DNA from: an uncultured Candidatus Saccharibacteria bacterium
GTDB lineage: Bacteria > Patescibacteriota > Minisyncoccia > Portnoybacterales > UBA2143
Reading direction: 5' to 3'
NCBI GenBank assembly: GCA_964629675.1
Contig: CAZVUG010000009.1
Coordinates: 17,523 to 81,522, forward strand
Length of the DNA: 64,000 bases
Under the pieces are notes generated by a model. That model had not been told where the DNA came from and made no database searches. It worked only from the letters and a program-made list of their open reading frames with translations. Numbering within the stretch: the stretch's first letter is position 1; each line of letters starts with the position of its first letter. The translations under genes and the position numbers were made by a program. This document shows positions 1 to 8,054 of the stretch, one piece after another.

Positions 1-1
1 G

Positions 2-259
2 GCAGACATTATTATTAATTTTCTCGTTTTTGATTTTGCCATTCCTTTATCAGCCATTTTATTTATCGCCGCTGGAGTCATTCTTTTAATTTCCGCCGGC
101 AATCAAAACAGAATTGATTTAGCCAAAGAAATATTTACTAATACTTTAATAGGCTTAGTGATAGTTTTTGCCAGTTGGCTGCTTATTGATACTTTGCTTA
201 CAAGCATTGCCTCTGGAGGATTTAGCGGCGCCTGGAATGAATTTCCTCCTTGCCCATAA
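2..259 (+). CDS. T4SS-pilin-like (TrbC/VirB2-type) small membrane protein, 5' end cut by window edge
   Basis: Frame 2 is open from the window start to TAA at 257-259 (absent from the ORF track because no start lies in the window). It translates to ...AAGVILLISAGNQNRIDLAKEIFTNTLIGLVIVFASWLLIDTLL..., with the same layout as the two downstream paralogs. Confidence 0.55.
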   Translation, partial: ADIIINFLVFDFAIPLSAILFIAAGVILLISAGNQNRIDLAKEIFTNTLIGLVIVFASWLLIDTLLTSIASGGFSGAWNEFPPCP

Positions 260-264
260 TAAAA

Positions 265-624
265 ATGTTAAAAATATCTAAAAAACTTTCCTTAATAGTT
301 ATCCCCATTCTTTTGTTTTTGCTAATTGGCTTTCCTGTAAATAATCTCCTGGCCAGTAACAACGGAAGCACTAGAATTGATAATTATTTTCGGGTAAGTA
401 CTTTTGCCGAGATAGTCAATATTATCGCCCATTGGATTTTTAATATAGCCATTGCTGTAGCAACAGTTATGTTTCTAATTGGCGGTTTTCAATTTTTAAT
501 TTCCGGAGGCAACGAAGAAAAAGTAGGCCGAGCTAAGAAAACAATGCTTTGGGCCGCAGTTGGTTTAGCTGTTTGTTTAATTGGTTCTGGTTTTACCAAA
601 ATAGTCGAACAGCTATTTAGTTGA
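265..624 (+). CDS. T4SS-pilin-like small membrane protein (paralog 2)
   Basis: ORF track 250..624 (TTG); ATG at 265 is the more likely start. N-terminal signal/TM segment, then FLISGGNEEKVGRAKKTMLWAAVGLAVCLIG, the two-helix pilin-like core shared with paralog 3. Confidence 0.6.
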   Translation: MLKISKKLSLIVIPILLFLLIGFPVNNLLASNNGSTRIDNYFRVSTFAEIVNIIAHWIFNIAIAVATVMFLIGGFQFLISGGNEEKVGRAKKTMLWAAVGLAVCLIGSGFTKIVEQLFS

Positions 625-689
625 TAATTAATAAATAAAGGGTTAATATATTAGAAAGTTAACATCTTCTTTGAAAGGGGGTGAAAATT

Positions 690-1031
690 ATGGGAAAGAA
701 AATTATTATTGGCGTAAGTCTGTTTTCTCTGCTTGGATTTATGTCTCTAGCCATGCCAGCATTAGCTTTAGATTCGCTTACTGATCCAATAACCAGTATT
801 AAAGGAATAATTACCTTAATAAATACTATCGCTACTTGGTTTTTTAATATTGTTTTAGCAGTTGCTGTTATTGTTTTGCTTTTAGCCGCTTTTCAGTGGT
901 TAACTTCTGGAGGCAACGAAGAAAAAGTAGGTACTGCCAGAAAAAATCTTATTTGGGGTTTAGTCGGTATTGCTGTTGCTTTTCTTGCTAAAGGATTAGT
1001 TGCTTTAATTAAATCTTTAGTCGGTGCTTAA
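690..1031 (+). CDS. T4SS-pilin-like small membrane protein (paralog 3)
   Basis: ORF track 681..1031 (GTG); ATG at 690 lies 6-7 nt after an AAAGGGGG SD. Motif WLTSGGNEEKVGTARKNLIWGLVGIAVAFLAKG is nearly identical to paralog 2. Confidence 0.6.
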   Translation: MGKKIIIGVSLFSLLGFMSLAMPALALDSLTDPITSIKGIITLINTIATWFFNIVLAVAVIVLLLAAFQWLTSGGNEEKVGTARKNLIWGLVGIAVAFLAKGLVALIKSLVGA

Positions 1032-1056
1032 TCATTATTTATTATCTAGCTTTGTT

Positions 1057-1093
1057 AAAAAAGCCAAATAAGTTTTTTTTGTTTGGCTTTTTT
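1057..1093. terminator. Bidirectional hairpin terminator between convergent genes
   Basis: aaaaaagccaaa ... tttggctttttt; core stem agccaaa (1062-1068) / tttggct (1082-1088), flanked by A and T runs. Confidence 0.55.
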
Positions 1094-2741
1094 ATTTTGC
1101 CAAAATATGATAAATAGTAACTTCTTCATATTCATTAGATTGGTAAACTTTTTCAAACAAGGAAGGTTCAGCTAATATTTTTTCTAAAAACGCATATCGG
1201 TTTATTTGTCCTTCTATTTTTTGGTTATCTACAAAAATGTATTCGCTTTTAAATTTTTCTCTAATAATTTGGCTGGCTTTTTTAGCCCGCTGAGATATTT
1301 TTTCGACATAACTTGCTTCAGGACATTTTGCTAAAGGTTGGCTGCAAATTAATCCGCAATTAACTAAATTGTTCCAAAACCAAAAAAGCTCTTTGTTGTA
1401 GACATACATAAAAGTAGGGTCCTTGCCAACAAGATAATTATTGTGGTGATTGTAAAAAAATAATTGGGGAAAATTATCCCAGCCAGCATTAAAAATAATT
1501 GATTTTGCCGGCGTATTTTTTTCAAGCCATTCTCCGGCTTCTTGGTATTTAGCAAAAGGCAGGCTTTTTTCGCTGATTAGATCAACTGACTGAATAATAT
1601 TTATCGTACTGCCTGAAATAATAATTAGGACAAGGGAAAAGCATAGGGAAAACTTAATTTTAAGAAAAGTCTTTTTTGTCCTTTTTTTAAATAACAATAT
1701 TGAATTTTTCCAATAAGCATTTTGCGATATCTGCTTGAAGCTAAAAGCAGCAAAGAAAAAAGCAAAAGGAGTCCAATATTCAAAGAATCGCTGGCTGGCT
1801 ATTGTTAAGACAAAAAATAAAGAAGATAAGAAAAAAGTATTAAGGCGGATAACCGACAGCTTATTTCGATTAATTCTTTTTTCTATGATATCAATAATAA
1901 AAAAAGCCAAAGAAATACTGAACAGCAAAAAAAGGATGAGGTTGTTAATCATTACCCCACTGATTGAAGACATCTCTGCAATATTCAATATATTTCCTTG
2001 AAAATTATAAAAAAGAGTTAAAAAATCTTGGACAAAAATAACAGATAGACTCTGAGGAAAATCAGGCCTAATGATTAAGCCAAGAAAAATTCCCAAAAGA
2101 GGAACTAAGAGAAGGCGCCAATCAATTTTTCTCAATTGAATAAATTCAGCTAAGATATAAAGAAAGCTTATAACTAGCAACAAAGGAAAAACAGCATAGC
2201 TTAAAGTATAAAAAATAGACAAGACAAAAAGCCAGATATATTTTTTCTTAATTATCAAATAAAAACCAAGAATTAAGAATATAATTGAAAGAAGCAATGG
2301 CCTGGCAAGAAGCAAGCGCGAGATAAAAGAGCTAGCAGAAGCAAAAAACAGCAAAGTCCAAAAGAAAGCATATTTTATGTTGTTTTTTCTTAAAACCCAA
2401 TAAAATAAAGTTAAAATTAAAGCAGCTAAAATGATAACTGCTATTTTATTATTAATAATTAAATTACCATAAGTAAAAGGAATTAAAAAAATGTGATAAA
2501 GGAATGAAAGATCGCTGGGATATTGATTCAATAAACTATATTCTCCGCCTAAGCTAAAATTATTAAGAGTTTCCTCAATGCCTAAAGTTCTATAAAGATA
2601 AGCATATTTTATATGATAATAAGCATCAAACCCAGCCAGATTTAAAGAAGAAAATTGGATTAAAGAAAAAATAGAAGCAAAAAAAAGAAAAATAAATATA
2701 TTTTTCAAAAAAAATTTATGTTTTTCTTTAATATTTATCAT
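1092..2741 (-). CDS. GT-C fold polytopic membrane glycosyltransferase, STT3/AglB/PglB-like (degenerate WWDYG)
   Basis: 549 aa with about 12 hydrophobic segments followed by a soluble C-terminal domain. First-loop GFDAYYH; NIAEMSS resembles the TIxE loop motif; EAGEWLEKNTPAKSIIFNAGWDNFPQ parallels the STT3 segment as I recall it (WLRxNTPxDxxVxSWWDYG). Confidence 0.45.
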   Translation of the reverse strand: MINIKEKHKFFLKNIFIFLFFASIFSLIQFSSLNLAGFDAYYHIKYAYLYRTLGIEETLNNFSLGGEYSLLNQYPSDLSFLYHIFLIPFTYGNLIINNKIAVIILAALILTLFYWVLRKNNIKYAFFWTLLFFASASSFISRLLLARPLLLSIIFLILGFYLIIKKKYIWLFVLSIFYTLSYAVFPLLLVISFLYILAEFIQLRKIDWRLLLVPLLGIFLGLIIRPDFPQSLSVIFVQDFLTLFYNFQGNILNIAEMSSISGVMINNLILFLLFSISLAFFIIDIIEKRINRNKLSVIRLNTFFLSSLFFVLTIASQRFFEYWTPFAFFFAAFSFKQISQNAYWKNSILLFKKRTKKTFLKIKFSLCFSLVLIIISGSTINIIQSVDLISEKSLPFAKYQEAGEWLEKNTPAKSIIFNAGWDNFPQLFFYNHHNNYLVGKDPTFMYVYNKELFWFWNNLVNCGLICSQPLAKCPEASYVEKISQRAKKASQIIREKFKSEYIFVDNQKIEGQINRYAFLEKILAEPSLFEKVYQSNEYEEVTIYHILAK

Positions 2742-2764
2742 TACACAGCTTATTTTAACAAAAA

Positions 2765-2794
2765 AGGGGTAGAGAATCTACATTCCCTACCCCT
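2765..2794 (-). terminator. Rho-independent terminator after the 2800..3294 gene
   Basis: aggggtagag ... ccctacccct hairpin (one mismatch), followed on the minus strand by a T-run (complement of aacaaaaaa at 2756-2764). Confidence 0.6.
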
Positions 2795-2799
2795 TGTTC

Positions 2800-3294
2800 T
2801 TATTTTTTTACGACAACCTCAACAACAAATCTGCCTTGGTTGTCATCAATCCAATCTGGTCTAAATCGACCAGACCGGTCATAGAGGTCGTCATTGACGG
2901 CAAAAAATAATTGGCCGCCTTCTGAAAACCTTTTCCTAAAACCTCTTCCTATTTTAAACCAATCTTGATCGCCAATTTTGGCAATCAAAGACATAAAACT
3001 ACTATTAACTCTCCTTTTTCTTTTTCCCCAAGACCAATTAGATCCTTCAGGGCCAACCCAGCGAAATGCTGAATCATAACAGTTTTTACTGCTATTAACT
3101 GCCCCTCCGGCATTGATTACTAAAATCTGGTCCTTTTTAATGATTACTGAAGATTCGGTAATCATTTTATTTGCCGGGACAAATAACATTGATCTTGAGA
3201 CAACTTCTCTGTCTCTATAACCAAAATGATACGACAGGAAAATGGAGAAAGAAATAGCCGCCAAAACTCCCAAAAGAAATCTTAGCTCTTTCAT
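2800..3294 (-). CDS. Membrane-anchored protein with a possible PA-IL/LecA-like lectin domain
   Basis: N-terminal TM segment. ILVINAGGAV, FMSLIAKIGDQDWFKIGRGF and LFFAVNDDLYDRSGRFRPDWIDDNQGRFVVEV resemble the order of LecA-like motifs (YND..Y.NNSGSF). Recognition by eye only. Confidence 0.35.
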   Translation of the reverse strand: MKELRFLLGVLAAISFSIFLSYHFGYRDREVVSRSMLFVPANKMITESSVIIKKDQILVINAGGAVNSSKNCYDSAFRWVGPEGSNWSWGKRKRRVNSSFMSLIAKIGDQDWFKIGRGFRKRFSEGGQLFFAVNDDLYDRSGRFRPDWIDDNQGRFVVEVVVKK

Positions 3295-3295
3295 A

Positions 3296-4393
3296 TTATG
3301 ACCTCCCCTTCAGGATTGTTTCGATAATTTTATTAATATCCAAACCTTGGAAACCTTGGATATCATGAATATTCTTTTGGACTTTTCCTCTTTCTGTTTG
3401 GAGAAAATCTCTAGCCTCTTGAGGAGAAAGCCCTAATCTGATCAATTCCTTGATCCTCTTCTTTAAATTACTAATTTCAACTTTCTCAGCCTCTGCTTCT
3501 TTTTTTTCTTTAGCAGACTGTTCAGACGCTCTTTCCAAATCAGTTCCTTTTTTTATTTCGATATCGCCGATATTTAATCTCTTTAATACTATTCCCAAAT
3601 TAGGCAATGGCTGAGAACCATTTCCTCTTTGGATTTCTTTTACTGCTTCTTTTCTTTTGTCCACCTCTTCTTTAATTTTTGCTACATCTTCTCCTTGAAG
3701 AACTTGTTTAACTTTTTCCCAATTTTTCCCCCACATTCTTGCCTGACTTTTCGTTGGGCTTTCCGGAGGATTGTTGAAATATTTGAACAATATTGGAGTC
3801 GGGACAACCGAATCTATTGTTTTAAGCTCTTTACCAGAGACAGCTTTGATTAAGACCTCGACTGCCTCTTCCCTGGCTCCCAAAGCCTCTTCGAAATCTT
3901 GCGGACCTTCTTGGTTGTTGATAGCCCAAGCTCTAACCCGCTCTTTGACTACGTCCTGAATTATCTCCCAAACTCCATTTTCTCCCCCGCTGTCCAAATA
4001 CTCAACTAAATGATTTTTATCTGGAATCCAGGTTAAGGAGATTGGTATTTGTAGGACAGCCAAATCTGGCGTTCTGACTGTTTCGGGAGGAAAATCCTTA
4101 TTTTTCTTGGTGACATCTACTGGAATAATATTATAGATGTCAAACAGAGGGAATAGGAAATGCCATCCCTCGTTTTTGTAAATATATTTTTTTTTGTAAA
4201 TATTTTTTCTTTTCCCTAAGATGACAACCACACCTTTGTGGGGCGGATTGTTAGGAATTTTTTTGACACTCATTAATCCTATGACAAAAAAAATTGTTAA
4301 AAGCAGAGCGCCAAAAGTTATTTTGCCGATCAAAAAAGAAAATACACTTACCGCTAACAATCCAAGGATTGTTCCTAATATTATTAATTCCAT
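3296..4393 (-). CDS. SPFH/band-7 (prohibitin-like) domain membrane protein
   Basis: N-terminal TM, then HKGVVVILGKRKN...EGWHFLFPLFDIYNIIPVDVTKKNKDFPPETVRTPDLAVLQIPISLTW (SPFH-like), then a charged coiled C-terminus. Separated by 1 nt from the downstream gene. Confidence 0.45.
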   Translation of the reverse strand: MELIILGTILGLLAVSVFSFLIGKITFGALLLTIFFVIGLMSVKKIPNNPPHKGVVVILGKRKNIYKKKYIYKNEGWHFLFPLFDIYNIIPVDVTKKNKDFPPETVRTPDLAVLQIPISLTWIPDKNHLVEYLDSGGENGVWEIIQDVVKERVRAWAINNQEGPQDFEEALGAREEAVEVLIKAVSGKELKTIDSVVPTPILFKYFNNPPESPTKSQARMWGKNWEKVKQVLQGEDVAKIKEEVDKRKEAVKEIQRGNGSQPLPNLGIVLKRLNIGDIEIKKGTDLERASEQSAKEKKEAEAEKVEISNLKKRIKELIRLGLSPQEARDFLQTERGKVQKNIHDIQGFQGLDINKIIETILKGRS

Positions 4394-4514
4394 TTTTTCC
4401 TCCTTATTGTTTAAATTTTAATTTTAAAGTACTTTCCCTATATTATACACAATAAAATAAAAAAGTCAAGGTTGTTCAGGGATTAAATATTAGTTAATAT
4501 ATATAAAGAAATAC

Positions 4515-5693
4515 ATGGTTAAAATTAAAAATTTCTTAAGAAAGATTAGAATTGAAGAATATGTGCTATCTTTATTTTCTTTAATATTATTTCTAGTCTT
4601 TTTTATTTCTAATCTTCAGTATAGCTGGCTAGAATCTTTTAAGATTAGTTTTAAGAATATAGCGATGGGATTAAAATTATTCCCTTCTATTTTTTTATTT
4701 TTATATCTTTATATCTTTTTCAAATTATATCTTTATTTAGTTCATTATTTTTCTCCTTTTATTGAAAAGAAAAAATCTTTAAAAGAAAATATTTTTCCTC
4801 TTAAAAATTTATTTAATGATATTTTCCGAAGGGTTAAGAGTATCTTTGTTAATATCCTAATTGTTTTAAGGCCAATTTTATTCCTTATCATTTTTTTTAG
4901 CTTAGTCAGCTTAATCCTTGGGCAAATATCAATTGCCTGCAAAGATAGATTAATTGACAGTCAATTAGCCCAAATAGATAAATTGATATTCGGATTTTAT
5001 CCTTTTTTTGATTTAAGCAATCAAGAAATTCTTTTAGGAAAAATGTCCCTTTTTTTTATTTATTCTTTTATGGCTTTAGGCGAAATGATTGGCGTTATCT
5101 TGTTAATTTTTTACTTTTTGAATAAGAAAAAAATTTTTAGCAGATATCTTATCGCTATGACCTTGCCTATTATGATAAGTTTGCCCTTGTGGTTTTTCTT
5201 TCCGGTTAATAGCCCTCAAAACACTTACTTAAATAATGTTTACCAAAAAGAGATAGAATATTCTTTGTTAAGCCCTCTAGAAAATTATCAGCCAAGCAGG
5301 CATATATTAGAATTTCATAAAAAATCCGGCGTTATGCAAGGGGGAACTGCTCCAATCAGTACTATGCCGTCCATGCATGTAGCTTGGGCTATAGTTATTG
5401 TCTATTACCTATACCAATTTAAAAAAAGAACTATTTATTTTACTCTGCCTTGGGCTTTCTTCTCTAGTTTAGGGACAGTCTATTTAGCCCAGCATTTTTT
5501 TGTCGATATTTTAGTGGCTATTCCTATCGCCATTTCAGCAATTATTATTACTAATTACTTAGTCAAAATTGAAAAAAAATATTATCAAGGAGGAATTTAT
5601 GATAATAGAGAAAAAATCTTTAAAGAAGAAATAAAAGATCATTTTCAGCAAATATGGCAGAAAATTTATTCTTTTTTGCCGCAAAAAAGATAA
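4515..5693 (+). CDS. Polytopic membrane protein with a C-terminal PAP2-type phosphatase/transferase domain
   Basis: PSMHVAWAIVI and AQHFFVDILVAIP match the PAP2_C (sphingomyelin/IPC synthase-like) His and Asp motifs. Multiple TM helices. Confidence 0.5.
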   Translation: MVKIKNFLRKIRIEEYVLSLFSLILFLVFFISNLQYSWLESFKISFKNIAMGLKLFPSIFLFLYLYIFFKLYLYLVHYFSPFIEKKKSLKENIFPLKNLFNDIFRRVKSIFVNILIVLRPILFLIIFFSLVSLILGQISIACKDRLIDSQLAQIDKLIFGFYPFFDLSNQEILLGKMSLFFIYSFMALGEMIGVILLIFYFLNKKKIFSRYLIAMTLPIMISLPLWFFFPVNSPQNTYLNNVYQKEIEYSLLSPLENYQPSRHILEFHKKSGVMQGGTAPISTMPSMHVAWAIVIVYYLYQFKKRTIYFTLPWAFFSSLGTVYLAQHFFVDILVAIPIAISAIIITNYLVKIEKKYYQGGIYDNREKIFKEEIKDHFQQIWQKIYSFLPQKR

Positions 5694-5734
5694 CTGCTTG
5701 ATTTATACCTTAAGAATACCTAAGATAAAGATAG

Positions 5735-5818
5735 GCGGACGTGGCGGAACTGGCAGACGCGTATGGTTTAGGACCATATGGGATTATTCCCTTGTGGGTT
5801 CAACTCCCACCGTCCGCA
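5735..5818 (+). tRNA. tRNA-Leu(UAG)
   Basis: Acceptor gcggacg/cgtccgc, anticodon loop tttagga (TAG), long variable arm, T-arm gtgggttcaactcccac. No encoded CCA. Confidence 0.9.
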
Positions 5819-5863
5819 CTGATAACAAGATTAATAATAAATCACGCTATTTCTTGTAACAAT

Positions 5864-5888
5864 AAATCCCGCAAAAAATGCGGGATTT
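5864..5888. terminator. Bidirectional hairpin terminator
   Basis: aaatcccgc aaaaaat gcgggattt, between tRNA-Leu (+) and the 3D-domain gene (-). Confidence 0.65.
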
Positions 5889-5889
5889 A

Positions 5890-6390
5890 TTATGTTTCAA
5901 GAACTTCAACTTTTAATAACTTAACACCAAACTGTTTAGCTTCTTCTCTTGAAGGGAACCAAATATCAATTTTGTGGCTGTTTTTAAGAGCCATTCTGTC
6001 CTCAACAACAAAGCTTTTATCGCCGTACATTTGAGGAAATCTTACTTTAGTTCCGAATCTTAAGAAATTGCAAGCTATTATTCCATCTTTAACATGTGTT
6101 CCAGAAGCCGTAATAAAAGGCGTCGAGTCAGTTTGATCAGGAGTGCTAGAATAAGCAGTGACCAAAACCCAATAAGAAGTGACAACCTTAGGTGTTTCTG
6201 GAATGCTAGTTTGAATTAAAGCATGGCCCCGTAAAGTAGCCAAATTATCTGATGGCATTAATTCAAATGTTAAATCAGAATCATTAACTTCATTTGTATC
6301 AAAAGCAGTTAAGCTATACTGAGGAATAATAAGATTTGAGATTAAGCTAACTAAAGTTAACGAAGCCGAAATCTTAGAATTAATATACAT
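5890..6390 (-). CDS. 3D domain-containing secreted protein (RlpA/MltA-like cell-wall binding fold)
   Basis: Signal-like N-terminus; VTAYSSTPDQTDSTPFITASGTHVKDGIIACNFLRFGTKVRFPQ...FVVEDRMALKNSHKIDIWF is the classic 3D-domain pattern. Confidence 0.7.
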   Translation of the reverse strand: MYINSKISASLTLVSLISNLIIPQYSLTAFDTNEVNDSDLTFELMPSDNLATLRGHALIQTSIPETPKVVTSYWVLVTAYSSTPDQTDSTPFITASGTHVKDGIIACNFLRFGTKVRFPQMYGDKSFVVEDRMALKNSHKIDIWFPSREEAKQFGVKLLKVEVLET

Positions 6391-6470
6391 AAATTGTTAA
6401 TGAAATTAAAAATCCTCTACGCGAGGATTGCCTAAAACATAGCACATTTTAAATAATTTGTCAATAGTTT

Positions 6471-6545
6471 TGGAGCGGATGATGGGAGTCGGACCCACAT
6501 CTCAGCCATGGCAAGGCTGTATAATAACCGTTATACGACATCCGC
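6471..6545 (-). tRNA. tRNA-Gly(GCC), CCA encoded
   Basis: The reverse complement gives gcggatg...catccgc-t-cca, with anticodon loop ttgccat (GCC). Confidence 0.9.
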
Positions 6546-6551
6546 GTCAGG

Positions 6552-6623
6552 TGCCGGAGGGCGGAATCGAACCGCCGACACTTCGATTTTCAGTCGAATG
6601 CTCTACCCCTGAGCTACCCCGGC
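6552..6623 (-). tRNA. tRNA-Phe(GAA)
   Basis: The reverse complement is gccggggtagctcaggggtagagcattcgactgaaaatcgaag...ggttcgattccgccctccggca, with anticodon loop ctgaaaa. Confidence 0.9.
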
Positions 6624-6631
6624 ATTTTTAG

Positions 6632-6705
6632 TGGACCCAGTGGGATTCGAACCCACGACCTTTAGTATGCCATACTAACGCGCTAACCAACTGCGCCATG
6701 GGCCC
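6632..6705 (-). tRNA. tRNA-Ala(GGC)
   Basis: The reverse complement is gggcccatggcgcagttggttagcgcgttagtatggcatactaaaggtcgtgggttcgaatcccactgggtcca. G3:U70 identity pair present; anticodon GGC. Confidence 0.88.
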
Positions 6706-6713
6706 TTGCCCAA

Positions 6714-6785
6714 TGCCCCTGACAGGAGTCGAACCTATATTTACGGCTTAGGAGTCCGTAGTTCTATCCGTTGAACTACAGGGGC
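6714..6785 (-). tRNA. tRNA-Arg(CCU)
   Basis: The reverse complement is gcccctgtagttcaacggatagaactacggactcctaagccgtaaatataggttcgactcctgtcaggggca. Canonical loop ctcctaa; one A-G mismatch closes the anticodon stem. Confidence 0.85.
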
Positions 6786-6884
6786 AAATAAAAATTTATA
6801 GTTCCATCTTATAATATTGACTAATTATAGTCAATAAAATATACTATTAATAGAATTAATTAAAAATTAACTTTCTTTGTTCTT

Positions 6885-7952
6885 ATGTATAAGTCACCTA
6901 TAGTTGATATAGTTAAAAAAGTAAGTCCAGCCGTAGTAAGCATTACTATCACCAAAGACTTACCTAAGCTTAAAAAATATTATATTCAACCATTTGATGA
7001 ATTTTTCGGTCCTTATGGCAGACCAATTCCCCAATATCGCCAAGAAGGCCAACAAAAGGTAAAGATTGGCGGCGGTAGTGGTTTCTTTGTTTCTGAAGAC
7101 GGAATTATTTTAACAAACCGCCATGTTATTGCCTCTTCGCAAGTAGATTATACTATTGTGACTAACGAAGGAAAAGAATACAAGGCAGAAATTTTAGCTA
7201 GAGATCCAGTTAATGACATTGCCATCATTAAACCAATCGGCTTTAAGAATAAGAAATTTCCCGTATTAGAGTTAGGCGATTCAAACAAAATAGAATTAGG
7301 CCAAGATGTCATTGCTATTGGAAATGCTCTAGGCACTTTCCAAAATACCGTTTCAACCGGAGTTATTTCTGGACTCAGCCGTTTTATTACTGCCCAAGAT
7401 GGATTTTCTGGCCAGTCTGCTGATTTAAGAGGACTTATTCAAACTGACGCAGCTATCAATCCAGGCAATTCTGGCGGGCCGCTTATCACTTTTGACGGTA
7501 AAGCTGTTGCCACTAATACTGCTATCGTTCTTGGAGCTCAAAATATTGGTTTTGCTATACCTATTAACAATGCTAAAAGGGACTTGATTGACATTAAAAA
7601 ACACGGCCGAATTATCCGTCCCTTTTTAGGAGTTCGTTACATTTTAATTAATAAATTGGTTAAAGAAAGTTTTGCCGAGAGATTCAATTTGCAATTGCCT
7701 GTCGATTACGGAGCTTTAGTTATTAGAGAGCCAGGCTCTGGAGAACCAGCGATTGTTCCAAACAGCCCGGCGCATAAAGCCGGTTTAATGGAAAAAGATA
7801 TTATTTTAGAATTTAATAAAACAAAGATATCCGACAAAAATCCTCTGCAGGCTCTTATTCACAAACGAAAACCAGGTGATAATATCGAAATTAAAATTTT
7901 GCGAGGCAATAAAATAGGCACAACTACCGTAAAGTTGGAAGAGAGAAAATAA
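6885..7952 (+). CDS. htrA: HtrA/DegP-family trypsin-like serine protease with PDZ domain
   Basis: GSGFFVSEDGIILTNRHV (His), VNDIAIIK (Asp) and NPGNSGGPL (Ser) motifs, plus a C-terminal PDZ-like segment (PAHKAGLMEKDIILEFN). Confidence 0.85.
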   Translation: MYKSPIVDIVKKVSPAVVSITITKDLPKLKKYYIQPFDEFFGPYGRPIPQYRQEGQQKVKIGGGSGFFVSEDGIILTNRHVIASSQVDYTIVTNEGKEYKAEILARDPVNDIAIIKPIGFKNKKFPVLELGDSNKIELGQDVIAIGNALGTFQNTVSTGVISGLSRFITAQDGFSGQSADLRGLIQTDAAINPGNSGGPLITFDGKAVATNTAIVLGAQNIGFAIPINNAKRDLIDIKKHGRIIRPFLGVRYILINKLVKESFAERFNLQLPVDYGALVIREPGSGEPAIVPNSPAHKAGLMEKDIILEFNKTKISDKNPLQALIHKRKPGDNIEIKILRGNKIGTTTVKLEERK

Positions 7953-7980
7953 AAATAGACTCTCTGCCTGAGAACAGAAG

Positions 7981-8013
7981 CTCTCCCTTATTTTTTAAAA
8001 AGGGAGAGTTTTT
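7981..8013 (+). terminator. Rho-independent terminator of htrA
   Basis: ctctccctt (7981-7989) / aagggagag (8000-8008), followed by ttttt. Confidence 0.75.
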
Positions 8014-8054
8014 GCATCTTGCCAAATATTAATTTTTTAATTATAATAGAAAAC

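Noticed and set aside
5741-6034. ORF-track ORF 5741..6034 (97 aa)
   Set aside because: It starts inside tRNA-Leu(UAG), runs through a terminator hairpin and lies antisense to the 3D-domain gene. It is a spurious frame.
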